Position numbers and translations under genes: made by a program. The notes beneath the pieces were generated by a model, which saw only the letters and a list, made by a program, of their open reading frames with translations, ran no database searches and was not told where the DNA came from. From Chiloscyllium plagiosum (taxonomy: Eukaryota), in the NCBI RefSeq assembly GCF_004010195.1, contig NC_057719.1:74364520-74420664 (forward strand): 56,145 bases of DNA, given 5' to 3'. Shown in pieces: positions 37,404 through 51,233 of this stretch (positions are counted from its first letter, which is position 1; every line of letters starts with the position of its first letter).

Positions 37404-38333
37404 GTGAGCTAATTCTCAGCTTTGGCGGGTCTTTTTTGAACTTTTGCCCTATTGTAAGAACCAGTTGTGTTGAAAGCTATAAAGCTGCCAGTCAATGTGA
37501 ATGCTACCTGGTTGAGAGGGGTTGGAAGGCAACTTACAACTCTGGAGCTTGTCGAAATTTTGCATATGGCATTTTGTATTCAGTAATTTTTGCTGAGATG
37601 AATTAAAAGAACAATGATACCCTCTGCAATGGATTATTACATGGTATTTAGTTCAAAGGTCTCTGGTATTCAACAAATTCAGCTGACAAATTGGGCAGTA
37701 GGTATTTAGGAAACCAATGTTTAAAAGTTTGAATGTTTAAATGGAATAATGCAAGTTTTATTCATGTTTATGTGTTTATTTACCTTTAACAGAAAGCTAC
37801 AAGAAATTATAAACTGTTGTGTGGTACATAATTGTCAATTCACAGAATAATTGATATAATCTGACATAAAGCATGCATAACTTAGGGTTAGAGAGATGCA
37901 CACACCAGACCTTTTCGTCCAATTCAACCAGATATCCTAAATTAATCTAGTTCCATTTACCAACACTTGGCCCATATCCCTCTAAACCCTTCATACTCAT
38001 ATACCCATCCAGATGCCTTTTAAATGTTGCAATTGTACTAGCCTGCACCACTTCCTCTGGCAGCTCATTCCATACACGTACCACCCTGTGTGAGAAAATG
38101 TTGCCCTTTTGGTCCCTTTTATATCTTTGCCCTCTCACCCTAAACTTATGCCCTCTAGTTTTGGACTCCTCCAACCCAGGAAAAGACCTTGTCTATTTAC
38201 CCTATCCATGCTCCTCATGATCTTATAAACCTCTATAAGGTCACCTCTCAGCCTCTGACACTCCAGGGAAAACAGCCCCAGCCCCACAGCTCAAACCCTC
38301 CAACTCTGGCAACATTCTTGTAAATCTTTTTTT

Positions 38334-38638
38334 TAGATTAGATTAGATTACTTACAGTGTGGAAACAGGCCCTTCAGCCCAACAAGTCCACACTGACCTG
38401 CCGAAGCGCAACCCACCCATTCCCCTATGTCTGCCCCTTCGCTTAACACTACGGGCAATTTAGCCTGGCCAATTCACCTAACCTGCACATTTTTGGATTG
38501 TGGGAGGAAACTGGAGCAGCCGGAGGAAAACCACGCAGACGCTGGGAGAACGTGCAAACTCCACACAGAGAGTCACCTGAGGCGGGAATTGAACCCGGGT
38601 CTCTGGCGCTGTGAGGCAGCAGTGCTAACCACTGCCAC
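38334..38638 (-). mobile_element. HE1-like V-SINE
   Basis: Reverse complement of 7985-8303. Confidence 0.9.
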
Positions 38639-39699
38639 TGTGAACCCTTTCAAATTTCACAACATCCTTCCTATAGGAGAGAGGCCAGAATTGCACACAA
38701 TATTCCAAATGTGGCCTAATCTCTGTCCTGTATAGCCATAACATTACCCCTCAACTCTTATACTGAATGCTTGACCAATAAAGGAAAGCATACTAAATGC
38801 CTCCTTCACTATCCTATCTACCTCCAATTCTACTTTCAAGGAACTATGAACATGCACTCCAAGGTTTCTTTGTTCTGCAACACACCCTAGGACCTTACTA
38901 TTAAGTGTATAAGTCCTGATTTGCATTTCTAAAATGCGGCACCTCACATTTATCTAAATTAAACTCCATCTGCCACTCCTCAATCCATGGCCCATTTGTT
39001 CACAATCCTCATGTACTATAAGGTAACCTTCGCTGTCCATGACACCTCCAATTTTGGAATCATCTGCAAACTTGCTAACTATATACCTCCTGTGTTCACA
39101 TCCAAATCATTTATATAAATGATGAAAAGTAGTGGACCCAGCACTGACCTTTGTGGCACTCCACTGGTCACAGGCCTCCAGTCTGAAAAACAACCCTCCA
39201 CCACCACTCTTTGAGCCAGTTCTGTACCCAAATGGCTAGTTCTCTCTGTATTCCATGAAAGCATACCAAACACCGCCTTCACTATCCAATCTACCTGCGA
39301 CTCCACTTTCAAGGAGTTGTTCAGAAACACTCCCTAGGACCTTACCATTAAATGTATAAGTCCTGCTAAGATTTGCTTTCCCAAATTGCAGCACCTCACA
39401 TTTTTCTAAATTAAACTCCATCTGCCACTCCTCAGCCCATTGGCCCATCTGATCAAGTTCCCATTGTAATCTGAGGTAACCTTCGCTGTCCACTACACTC
39501 CAATTTTGGTGTCATCTGCAAACTTATTAACTATACTTCTTATGCTCACATCCAAATCATTTATATCAATGATGAGAAGCTGTGGACCCAGCACCGATCC
39601 TTGTGGCACTCCAGTTTGAAAAGCAACCCTCCACCACCACCCTCTGTCTTCTATCTTGGAGCCAATTCTGTATCCAAATGGCGAGTTCTCCCTGTATTC

Positions 39700-40418
39700 C
39701 CTCCAGCTTCTGCCTCCACTTTTGGCTCCGCCTACTCTGCAACCAAAACTTGGACTACATTTCCAAGGGTCACCCCAGGTCCTACAGCCAACCTGCAGCC
39801 AGCCAGCACATCAGCTCTCCCTCCTCACCCATCCAGTACACCACCACTTTCATCTCCATCCAGGGCCCCAAACAATCCTTCCAGGTGAGATAGAGGTTCA
39901 CCTGCCTCTCTTCCAACCGAGTTTACTGCATTAGGTGCTCCCAGTGTGGTCTTCTCCACATCGGGGAGATCAAACGTAAACTCCGGGAAAGGTTCACCGA
40001 ACATCTCGGCCAGACCTGCAGAGGCTGACCGGACCTCCATATCTTTATTTTATTTCCCTTTCCGACATGACCATCCTTGGCCTCCTCCATTGCCACAATG
40101 AACCAAACTGCAGCTTGGAGGAACAACACCTCACTCTACAGCCCGGAGGACTCAACATTTCAAATAACCTCCCTTCCCAGTTCCCCTCTCTCCCTTCCAC
40201 TGCTCCCTCCCACCAACCAGATTCGTTCCTCCCAGTGACCAACCAGGTTATACCCTCGACCTGTCTTCACCTATCCCCACTTTACCACTCTTCCCCCTTT
40301 ATCTGCAGCTCCCCCTACACCAACCCAGTCCTGAAGAAAGTTTACACCCGAAATGTCAACTTTTCCACCTCCTGATGCTGCTTGGCTTGCTGTGTTCTTC
40401 CAGCCTCCTGCCTGTCTA
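39700..40418 (+). mobile_element. PLE fragment (GIY-YIG region plus pLTR) nested in CR1
   Basis: IQGPKQSFQVR.RFTC...VYCIRCSQCGLLHIGE...RFTEHL; degenerate hammerhead core near 40331. Confidence 0.8.
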
Positions 40419-41217
40419 TTTCCATGTGATCTAACCTTGCTAATCAGTCTACCATAAGGAACCTTGTCAAACGCCTTACTGAAGTCCATGTGAATCACGT
40501 CTACTACCCTGCCCTCATCTTCATTATTTCTTCCAAAAACACAATCAAGTTACCTGAGACATGATCTCCTAATCACAAAGCCGTGTTGACTATCCCTAAT
40601 CAGTCCTAGACTTCCCAAATACATGTAAATCCTGTCCCTCAGGAGTTCTGGGGTACACGTAATCAGGGGACTTATGCATTTTAAGACATCCAGCACCACC
40701 ACCACCTGTGTAATATGGACATTTTTCAAGACATCACCATTTATTTCCCTACATTCTTTCTCTTCCATGTCCTCCTCCACAGTAAACACAGATACAAAAT
40801 GCTCGTTCAGTATCTCCTCCATCTTCTGCGATTCCAAATTAAGGCTGTCTTGCTGATCTTTGAGGGGCCCTGTTCTGTCACTAGTTACCCTTTTATCCTT
40901 AATGTATTTACAAAATCCCTTTGAATTCTACTTATCCCTATTTGTCAAAGCTATCTCATGTTCCCTTTTTGCCCTCCCGATTTCTGTCTTAGGTATATTC
41001 CTACTGTCTTTATACTCTTCTAAAGATTCATTCGATCTCTCCTGTCTATACGTGACATATGCTTCCTTCTTTTGCTTGACCAAAACCTGATTTTCGTGAG
41101 TCATCCAGCATTCCCTACATCTAGCCGCCTTGCCTTTCACCATAACAGGGACATGCTGTTTCTGGAGACTCGCTATCTCATTTTTGAAGGCTTCCCATTT
41201 TCCAGCTGTCCCTTTAT

Positions 41218-41525
41218 TCATTCATGGGATCAGGCCTGTCGCTGGCTAGGCCAGCATTTATTGCCCATCTCTAATTGCCCAGAGGGCAGTTGAGAGTCAA
41301 CTCCATTGCTGTGGGTCTGGAGTCACACATGGGCCAGACCAGGTAAGAATGGCAGTTTCCTTCCCTGAAGGACATTAGTGAACCAGATGGGTTTTTCCAA
41401 CAATCAACAATGGTTTCATGGTCACATTAGACTCTTAATTCCGTGGTGGGATTCGAACCCAGGTCCCCGATCATTATCTGGATCTCTGGATTAACAGTTC
41501 AGCGATAATACTGCTAGGCCATCGC
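41218..41525 (-). mobile_element. tRNA-derived SINE with LINE-like tail
   Basis: Minus-strand B box ggttcgaatccc near 41450; tail shared with the old LINE at 7745 and 48700. Confidence 0.7.
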
Positions 41526-43049
41526 AACCCCTCATTGCATTTACCTGCAAATGTCCATCGCCAATTAACTTTTCAGATTTCTTGGCTAATACTGTCAAAA
41601 ATGGCCTTCCTCCAATTTAGATAGTTAACTTTTAGATCTGGTCTATCCTTTTCCATCACTATTTGAAAATTAATATAATTATGGTCCCTGGTCCCAAAGT
41701 GCTCCCCCACTGACAGCTCCGTCACTTGGCCTGCCTAATTTCTCCGAGAGTAGGTCAAACTTTGCAGCTTCTCTAATAGATACATCCATATACTTAACAA
41801 ATTCCTCTCCATTTAAATCCTTAACACTATGGCAGTCCCAGTCTATGTTTGGAAAGTTAAAAATTATCATTGATTTCCATAATTCTGTTGGTTTGTAATA
41901 CTTACTGATCTTTGCACCAGCTACTCGACAGTGCCAGCATGTCATAGGATGACATCATAATTTGTTTAGCCTTGGGCACCCAAACTAGTTCACCCAGTGT
42001 TTTTGGACAATTGTGGACCTTTTTGTTTCTTGATTAGTAAGCAGAGATCTGTCGGATGTCAGGCTAACTTGACTAATGAATAATGAAATGGAAAGCAGCT
42101 GTCTGCTTTTGCATGGAGACCAATTAAGAAAAATCTTCAATGTATCAAAAGAGGTAGGGAGATTATAGAGCATGATGCAATGTCCAGTACATCTCATTTC
42201 TGGTGCTAGTGATGATAATGTGAGGTGAGAAAGGCAGCCTGAGAGGAAACCGGTGCAAGAGGACAGCAGCTGAAAGCATCGGTGCTGGTGGCCAAATCAG
42301 AGAGTGAAAGGTGCAGCCCTGAGGAAAAATAGCATGAAGGTTAGTGATGCTGAGGGGAAGTTGTGCAGAAGGACAGGAGATGAAATTGAAAGAACTGGCA
42401 GTAGGTTCAGTGCAAGTGGGGTGCAAGAGCGCAAGGAGGAACTAAATGTATGAGAGGACAACAGATAAAAGTTAGAATGGCTGAAAGTCAGGGAGAGCAA
42501 TGATTTAGAGTAAGAGGAGCATGAAGATTTGGGAAAGAAATTCAAAAACATTATTTACCTACCATGGACTGGGAGCACTGGTGGATTCATTTTATGAAGT
42601 TGTTGGCTTTTCAGCCATGAGATTTACTTATCTGTGTCTTCTTTTCTGACTTAGATTGTAATTTCTAACACCTATAGTTAAGTTGCTGTTATCACATTGC
42701 AGAATATTATGGCTGGTTTCTATAAATTTTGAAGGTTAATGTCTCAGGTGAGTTTTAGATTTTTAGAGAGCTCTGTTATGTGCTTTAGCAACCATGGCCA
42801 TGATAATGCTACGCATGTCAAGAGGAGATGAGTGCATTCTCTCTTGTTGAAGTTTGGACTTACTGAACCCATGTCCAGTTCTGTGTGAAAACTTTAGGAT
42901 AATTCACAAATATGCAGGATTGGCACCAATTGCTTGAACTCAGTGCCATGCATCTGGGAGCCTGAACATTTCCTCAAATGTGCATTTCAACAGAATGCAA
43001 GAGGCGAGGGGCTAGGTGACTACTAGACCAGTTAGATAGAAAGCACATC

Positions 43050-43777
43050 GCAGAGGTTCCTCAGGCTAGTGGCACTCACTAACCTGTTTTCAATTTTGAA
43101 AATCAGGGTGATTGATTTTATCTTGGAAGAATGCAGAAACAAAGGTCTCGCATGGTCATGGGAAGTTTTACTGTACACGGTGGTGGAGCAAGTAAGGGCA
43201 AAATTTGCAATTGTCTGAGGCTTCATTAGCGAGTTACTTGGACAAACATTTTTATTATTCCTTTGTGATTACCACAATGGCATGTTGTCTCCCTGTTTCC
43301 AAGCTGAAGAATATCACCAAGTCAAGATTTTCTATGAGGAAACAGGGGCATCCAGAATTTAATGATCAGTGTTCAAACATTTCTGAGGACCGTCAGTCAG
43401 CAATTAGGAAAAGGTTAAAAATAGGACCTCCCTTTTTGAATTACCTGGAAGCAGATTTGTCTGCCATTTTAATTAGGGCCTTTGTTTAGCCATGATGATT
43501 AGGGTTAGTGAGCCTTGTGCCCTGAGAGGAAGAATCCTGAATTAAAAGGGGTGTAATAAGTAATACTTCTGAAGGTTGGGAGCTTTGGTGTGTGTGCATT
43601 GAGTGGCGTTATTTATTTACTTATTTATTGATTTGTAGTGAGTATAGTTTTGATTTGTGGAGTGGGGTAGTAGTTAGTTCATTGTAATTGTTGTTATAAT
43701 TTTAAATTGTTATATTTTTGTAAATGTATAATTTTGTAAAGAAAAAATTTCTCAATGAAAATGTTTTTTGAAAAAAG
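43050..43777 (+). mobile_element. Probable L1/Tx1-like LINE 3' end
   Basis: ORF end PFLNYLEADLSAILIRAFV*, T-rich 3' UTR, aatgaaa and an A-rich end. Confidence 0.4.
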
Positions 43778-44984
43778 ACCTCCAAAAGTCAAAATTTCAG
43801 GTTTGCTCTTACAGAATACAGAAACAGGAAGATGGTGCAGGTAAATGTTGGGGAACTTCAAGAGAGGGGGATTTGGATTCTTGAAGTATTTGATTGGGCT
43901 CTGGAGAGAGGGCACTTTGACAAAATGATTGCACCTACACTGAGCCTGGGCTAATGTCACTTGAAAGGTTAACTAATGTGGCCGGGAAGGTATCAAGCTA
44001 ATTTTATTGAGAGAAGGTAACCCGAAGATAACAGGGGAGCGAAAATGAGCAAAATAGATATGAACAGTGGTAAAATTAGAAATATTCCAAATACTGATTA
44101 GCTCAGATGGAGAAAAATAGCAGAAGTGGTAAAGATGATACAAATTTGTCAGTAAATTAATGACTTTAACAAATAAGATTACAAGAATTGTAGCACCAGT
44201 TGTCACATGGAACTATGATGTGACTGCATTAATGGAGACATGGTTCAAACAGACTCAATAATGCGTTCTTAATAATCCTGATTACAAATTATTCCAAAAA
44301 TGATGAAAAAAGGCAGGGGTGGAGTAGGTGTGGTGATATTGATTTAAGGGTGCTACTTGTCTAAAGAGGATTTACTGGAGGATTTACCAGATAATTTGAC
44401 CTGAGTTGAGGAACAGCTGTTGCACTGGGGGCATTCTTTTTATATAGAGAGATAAGGGGTTTATTGGTAAGCTTCAAAGATCTCTAGCAGGAATAGAATA
44501 GTAAAAAGAAACTTGTTTCTATGCAATTTATATCATGAAGTTCTGGTCAGAGAATAAATAATTTCTCATGTATTGGTGTAGGAGAATTTTCTCAATGTAT
44601 GAAGTCTAGCAAGAAGGAAAGTGGAGTTACATCTGGTTTTCACTGGAGCGTAGGAAGTTGAGGAGTGACTTTCTAGAAGTTTATAAAATCATGAAGTGAA
44701 TAACAGAGGTCTTTTCCCTAAGATAGGGGAGTTCAAAACTAAGGGGCATATTTTTAAGGTGAGAGGAGAAAGATCTTTTGAAAAGGACATGAGGGAGAAC
44801 TAGTAAAAGATTGCATAATTGCAATGAAATTTTTTTAACCAGAATTGGAGGTACAAGTACTTTATTGGTCAGAGTTCATTTTAGTAAGTTAAGGGAGCTA
44901 CCATAAGTGGATTAGAAAAGGTGATTGTAGGATAAGGAAGAATAGAAAATAGAGCAGTAGAAAATATTCAGAGAAGACAAACTG

Positions 44985-45225
44985 CAGTAGCACCCCCCCC
45001 CCACCACCACCACCGGTACCCACGGGGTATACGTTCCAAGACCTACCGCGGAAGCCCGAAACCATGGATAGTCACAAACCCATTCATTTAAATAGGAAAT
45101 TTACCTTCCCGGCAGCCCCCGGTTCCTGGTTCTGGAATGTTCCCTGTAATATGTTCAGGCCACGGTAAACCGCGGGTAACTGAAACAGTGGAAACCGGAC
45201 CCGTGGATACAGCGGTTGGCCTATA
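44985..45225. mobile_element. Tigger/pogo-like MITE
   Basis: Imperfect TIRs (cggtacccacggg / cccgtggatacagcgg), CAGT start, GC-rich internal palindromes. Confidence 0.55.
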
Positions 45226-45389
45226 TGTCCTTAAAGGAAAAATTAGCACATAATGTATTCTCGACATATGATTTACTTGGATCTCTAAGTAGAGGAATAG
45301 TCATAGAGTCATAGAGATGTACAGCATGGAAACAGACCGTACCCGCCCCATATCCCTTATAAAAGCAATGAGCTCACTGCTAAATTTGT

Positions 45390-45920
45390 AAATCCCTGAT
45401 TAGGCCTCACCTGGAGTATTGTGGGTAATTCTGGGCACCACAATTAAGGAGAAATGAGATGACATTAAAAGTGACAACATGAGGTTTATGTTGCTGTTAC
45501 CAGCAATGAGAGACTTCAGTCACACAGACGTTGGAAAAGTTCGGACTGTTTTCCTTGGAAAGGCAAACACTCAGATGTGAGCTGGCATCAGTTTTCAAGA
45601 TCAGGGGTTTTGAAATGTAATTGAGGGGGAAAAAGTCTTTTCATGTCAAGTGGGTTCACAACGAGAGGTAATAGATTCAAAATAATTGGCAAAAATAGGG
45701 GGAAGATGAGTCATGTCCTCACTCAAGTTATCGGGATCTGGGACATTACCTTAAAAAGGTGGTGAAAGCTGATTCCATAAGTAATTTTAAGTTAAGTACT
45801 TGAGGAAATTTAAGGATTCTATATGGAAGGCAGAAATGTGGGATTAAACATGACACTTTAAATAAAGCAGCACAAACACTACATGCCCAATGGTGAATTT
45901 CTCTGCCGTCAGTTTTATTG
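45390..45920 (+). mobile_element. Old CR1 3' fragment
   Basis: LIRPHLEYCG.FWAP motif at ~45396-45440. Confidence 0.7.
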
Positions 45921-47689
45921 ATTTTTATGAAACAACATCAGTTTGAGTCTAAAATTGAAGGTACTAATTCTCCTAGTCCAAGTGCAGATGAAGCACTGGA
46001 GGATTAGCAGAAAGAGTAAAATAAATGAATGTGAGCCACCTCATATTACAGTTCATGAAATTCTTTCAATTGCAAGATCTTTAGAATAGAATGACATGTA
46101 ACTCAGAAATAAAAGTTCATCCAAAATGTGATATCAAATGGAAACTGTTTCCCCACGTACTTCTCTCTACATTCTTCCTAATGCAGAGATTCCATGCAGC
46201 AATGCAAGCTTTACTTCCAATCTTAGCAATGTAAACTGGATGCTTTGCAGATTGCAACTGGAAAAGTTGACCATGAAAAAGAAACACACACAAGGAATGC
46301 ACTATGCAAGAAAGAGATTGAAAAGATGTCCATTGGTTGTTTGTTGAAAAGAAAAGAGAAGCAAAAAGCACAAGCCCCAATCGAATGTCAGTATTTTAGG
46401 TTTTATCGTAAACCGAGGGTAATCATATTTGAATAAAGACAAAATACCATGGATGCTGGAGATCTCAAAAAGACCCAGAGAAACTGAGCAGATCTGTTAG
46501 CATCTGTAGAGAGTGAGTTAACATTTCAAGCCTGGTCTGGCTCTTTTTTAGAACACTGCTTCCAGACCCACTGAGTTTCTGTTATTGATTTAGTCTGATC
46601 ATGTTGACTGTGAAAATGGGAGAGACACAAGTTGAAAGACTTGAAGTAATTTAGCAAAAGCAAGATACTGTGAATACTGGAAATCAGAAATAAAAACAGA
46701 AAATGCTGCAAGTACTCAACTGGCCAGGCTTCTTGAGAGTGAGTGAATGTTCACATTTCAGTTAGATGACTTTTCATGAGTTTCAGGTACATGACTTTTC
46801 ACCTAAGAGACAAATTGAATTTATTGAAGAATGCACGAGGCATATCAAGAAATCAATTCAAGACCATACTGAAGCAGTTAAATTCTTGTCAGTAATTTGC
46901 AGTTAAACACGAGACCAGTCTCAACAGAGAAAAGATAAAATCACTGATGAGACATGTTAATCAAGTGCTTACTCGAACCTCTGATTCAAGAATGTTTCTT
47001 GTGTTTCAAAAACTTTATCCTGAAGGCTATTTAGAAGGCAGTTGAGACTTTTCAAAACACTTGCTGAACTTGGGTTAAATTTATAATGGTGTCGTGAAAA
47101 TGAGCTAACCAGATTTGTGGATTTAAATAACATTATTCTTTCATTTGTGAAAGATGGGCAGATACCATTACAAATTGTAAGTTTAAAATAAACTGCACAA
47201 ATGAAAATAAGTAAATAAAACATTTACTTTCTTTTAAATTTCAATTTTCTTTACTGCATATTTGATCAATTTCACCCGTAAATTTGGTACAATTGGCCAT
47301 TTTACCATTGCGAGGACAGTCCTATTTTATACAGTTGTATTTTGGCATTTTCTGAGCAGATCTAAAAAGATGTGATGAAACCTCGGAACAGGGATTCAGC
47401 TCAGTACTGTTTTCATAGTTCGATTCTGTAGATCAGTTGATTAATCCTTTTCCTATTGTACGAGGACATGATTAAGAAACAGATTTAGTGTTTTGAATCT
47501 TCAGGCAATTATCTTCCAACAGTTTATACTCAACTATCTGCAAAATAATTAGTTCTATACAATCAGTTGTTTCCGCAGCAGTAACCTGACCTCTACCTAG
47601 TTTGAGACCTGCTAGAACCACTTGTTCCTTATTGCAATTATTATCTACACATGAGCAAAGAACCAAATTCCAGAGGTGAATGCTATTCA

Positions 47690-48770
47690 CATCACGGCAG
47701 TGTTTTGACTGAGTATGACATTAAAAACCCACAATAAAAACTCATTAATGTAAAGCATGGGAAAATCTCTCCACTATCTGGAATCATAGCTAGCACAAAG
47801 GAAGTTGTTTGTGGTTTCTGGAGACCTATTATCTCAGTCCCAGGAAATTGGTAGAGGAGTTCCTGGGACCATTGTCCGAGGCCCATCTATTTACAGTTGC
47901 TTCATCAATAACCTTTGCTCTGCTGTAGGAACAGAACTGGGATATTCACTAATTGTCACATAGTGTTCAGTTTCATTTGCAATTCTTCAGAGAATGAAAT
48001 GGGTAAGAAGATCTGGACAAGATTCATATTTGAATTGATAAGTGACAAATGACATTTCTACCATGCAAATGCTGGGAAAGGACCCTCTCCAATGAGGGAA
48101 TCTAGTCGTATTCCCCTAATATTCAATAGCATTGCCTTGGCTGAAACCACTGGTGCCAACATCCTGAGATTCACCGTTGGAACAAAAAATAAGCAGGGTA
48201 AACCCCACATAAATACTGAGAAGCTAGATATTCTGGACTAACCACTTTCTGATTTCCTAACGCCTGTACAGCATCAGCAAGGTACAAGTAACGTCTGACA
48301 GAGTGTTTCCCTATCTGCCTGGATAAATATAATTGTAACAACACTCAAAGCTTGATGTAATCTACTATGAAATAGTAGATTAACAATTCATTTACTATAT
48401 TCACATACTCTTCCACTAGCACACTGTGGCTGCAGTGTGTATCATGTAAAAGAACCACTGTTGATGCACTTGCCAAGGCATATTTAATGTTGCTTTCCAA
48501 ACCTACAATTTTGATCATCCAGAAGAACAAACTGGCAAATGGGAATACTGCTATCTGCAGGTTCCTGTCAAAGTTATCCATTAGTGTGACTTTGAAATTT
48601 ATCACTGTTCCATCATTGTCTCTGTGTCGAAATCTTAGAACTCCCTAAAACCAAACCGCATGGACTACACTGGTTCAGGAGGCAACTCATCGTACCTCCT
48701 CAAAGCAATTAGAGATGGACAATAAATGTTGGCCTTGCAAGTAATACTTACATCCTATGAGCAAGGTTTT
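47690..48770 (+). mobile_element. Old CR1-like LINE fragment
   Basis: RT remnants (GVP...P..F.CFINNL); 3' end gcaattagagatggacaataaatgttggcc. Confidence 0.6.
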
Positions 48771-49235
48771 GGGAAAAAAAAAGAACTTCCCTAAAGCATT
48801 ATTGGATATGAAGGGTAAATTTAATGAATGCTAGCTGTAAAAATCATGATCCTGGAAATCTGGAATAAAAGCAAAGTGCTGGAAAGATTCAGCAGCTGTG
48901 GAAAGAAAGACAGAGTTAGTGTTTCAAGTTTTGAAATGACTTCAGAATGTTTTAATTTTTCAGTTAAAAATACACTATTTATTTAGGAATCCAGGGGTCT
49001 AATTTGTTCATTACAATCTGGACGATTACTGTTTCTTTTGTAGATTTGGTTTAAATGCATTAGCTGTCACTCTCGGCTACATAGTTAATAATTGCAGCTT
49101 AAGACATGCTGGACTTGATTTTAGAACTGTTTCATTTTTCTTGTTGTATCTGGAAGGTCTTGTTTGTAGGGGGCCAAATGACTGGGCATGAAGATGATTA
49201 GGACTAGGACTGAAGGGATGTTGTTGGGTGACTGA

Positions 49236-49545
49236 TTAGATTCCTTACAGTGTGGGAACAGGCCCTTCGGCCCAACAAGTCCACACACCCTCCGAAGAGT
49301 AACCCACCCAGAACCATTTCCTTCTGACTAATGTGCCTAACTCTATGGGCAATTTAGCACAGCCAATTCACCTGACTTGTACATCTTTGGAATGTGGGAG
49401 GAAGCCGGAGCACCCGGAGGAAACCCACGCATACACTGGGAGAATGTGCAAACTCCACACAGACAGTTGCCCGAGGCTGGAATTGAACCTGGGACCCTGG
49501 TGCTGTGAGTCAGCAGTGCTAACCACTGAGCCACCGTGCCACCCA
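49236..49545 (-). mobile_element. HE1-like V-SINE
   Basis: Reverse-complement match to 7985-8303. Confidence 0.88.
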
Positions 49546-50001
49546 TATGAATTACTTCAAGATGTATGTTTCTGAGGAGAGAATGTGGGATTGTAAGAGC
49601 TTTGAGTCAGTCTGGTGGTATTACATATGACTTTTTAAAAAAAATAAGTAGAGAAATTGAACTTTTATAAAAGCTAATAATGATGGATGTGTAATTTGAA
49701 CTCCAGGAGTTCTTTTAAATGTTCGTATTTTCTCTCAATTACCTGTGTTAGTAGTTGTACTCTCAGTAATTGTGTGAACTCCTTTGATATTTTCCCCATG
49801 TAATGTGTGCCACATAAAAGTTGAATCCTTTTAGTTATAAAGTAATTTAAGAGAAAAGAGGTTGACAGCTTAATATCTTTGAGCATTAAAAATATTTCTG
49901 CTGATTATTTGGATCTCTGCATAGAAAATATTAAATGCAGAAAGTACTATTGATGCTGGTGATCAAAAAATGGTTGCCTTTTGACAAACATTTGCTCATT
50001 T

Positions 50002-50763
50002 TGAGAAGATTTGTAGCTCAGGTTGAGGTTCTGGATATAGGTTTGCTGGCTGAACTGGAAGGTTCATTTTCAGGTGTTTCGTCACCAAACTAGGTAACAT
50101 CTTCAATGAGCTTCCAGATGAAGCACTGCTAGTGTTTCCTGCTTTCTATTTATATGTTTGGGTTTCCTTGGGTTGGCGATGTCATTTCCCGTGGTGATGT
50201 CATTTCCTGTTTATTTTTCTCAGGGGTGGCAAATGGGGTCCAAGTCAATGTGTTTGTTGATAGAATTCTGGTTGGAATGCCATGCTTCAATGAATTCTCA
50301 TACGTGTCTCTGTTTGGCTTGTCCTAGGATGTGTTGCCCCAGTCAAAGTAGTGTCTTTCCTTATCCCGGGATACATGAACATCAACTAGCCACAAAACGA
50401 CCTGACCCTCTCTCACTAGTGTCCTTGCATATGATAAGGAAGGACACCACTTCGACTGGGACAGCACATCCATCCTAGGACAAGGCAAACAGAGACGCGC
50501 ATGAGAATTCCTAGAAGCATGGCATTCCAACCGGAACTCTATCAACAAGCACATTGTCTTGGACCCCGTTTATCACCCCCTGAGAAAAAGAACGGGAAAT
50601 GAAGTCACCACAGGAAGTGACATCACCAACCGAAGGAAACCCAAACATAGAAAGCAGGAACCACCAGCAGAGCTTCACCTGGAGGCTCACTGAAGATGTT
50701 ACCTAGTATGGTGAAGAAATGTCTGAAAATGAACCTTCCAGCTCAGCAAGCAAACCTACATCC
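50002..50763. mobile_element. PLE fold-back (GIY-YIG C-terminus plus pLTR in both orientations)
   Basis: 14 bp TSD ACATTTGCTCATTT (49988-50001, 50764-50777); arms of ~325 bp; IHEHQLATKR, HHFDWD and EFLEAWHSNRNSINKH motifs; hammerhead-like ctgaaga-tgttacc...ggtga-gaaa at ~50690. Confidence 0.85.
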
Positions 50764-51233
50764 ACATTTGCTCATTTCACTTGCTAAATCATCCATATCA
50801 GACAACTGGAAAAAGCTTATGACACTCTCCTTTCTCTCGCAGGTATGTGTAAATCTCTCAAAGTAATTGATTCCGCAGTTGAAAGATGAGCTAACGGTCT
50901 TTTTAGACTGGGTGCCTTTGTATTGTTTTAACACTAAGCAGTAGAATGTGTTATTCTCCTTTTGGCTTGTAAATCAGCAACCATATCATTGGCTAGCATG
51001 GGTTTACAATTAATATTTTTAAAAGGTTATCTTCTGTAGATGAACAAACTGAGAGTTTTTAATGAACTCTTCAAAGTCTTAGAAAAACAATTTATGATCT
51101 GTATAGCACACCAGCTTTTTCTAATTTGTAATAATGATACTTTGACTTATAAATTAGTGCCTTAATCCATGGTAGGGAAATACATGGCTGAAGTAAACAT
51201 TTTGGGTATCTTTTCGATCGAGTCTGCCATTTT

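Larger units (their letters stand above)
37890..41870 (-). mobile_element. Long antisense CR1 LINE(s), fragmented, with an internal duplication and nested HE1, PLE and SINE
   Basis: ORF fragments [53 protein letters not shown] and FNFPNIDW. Confidence 0.9.
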
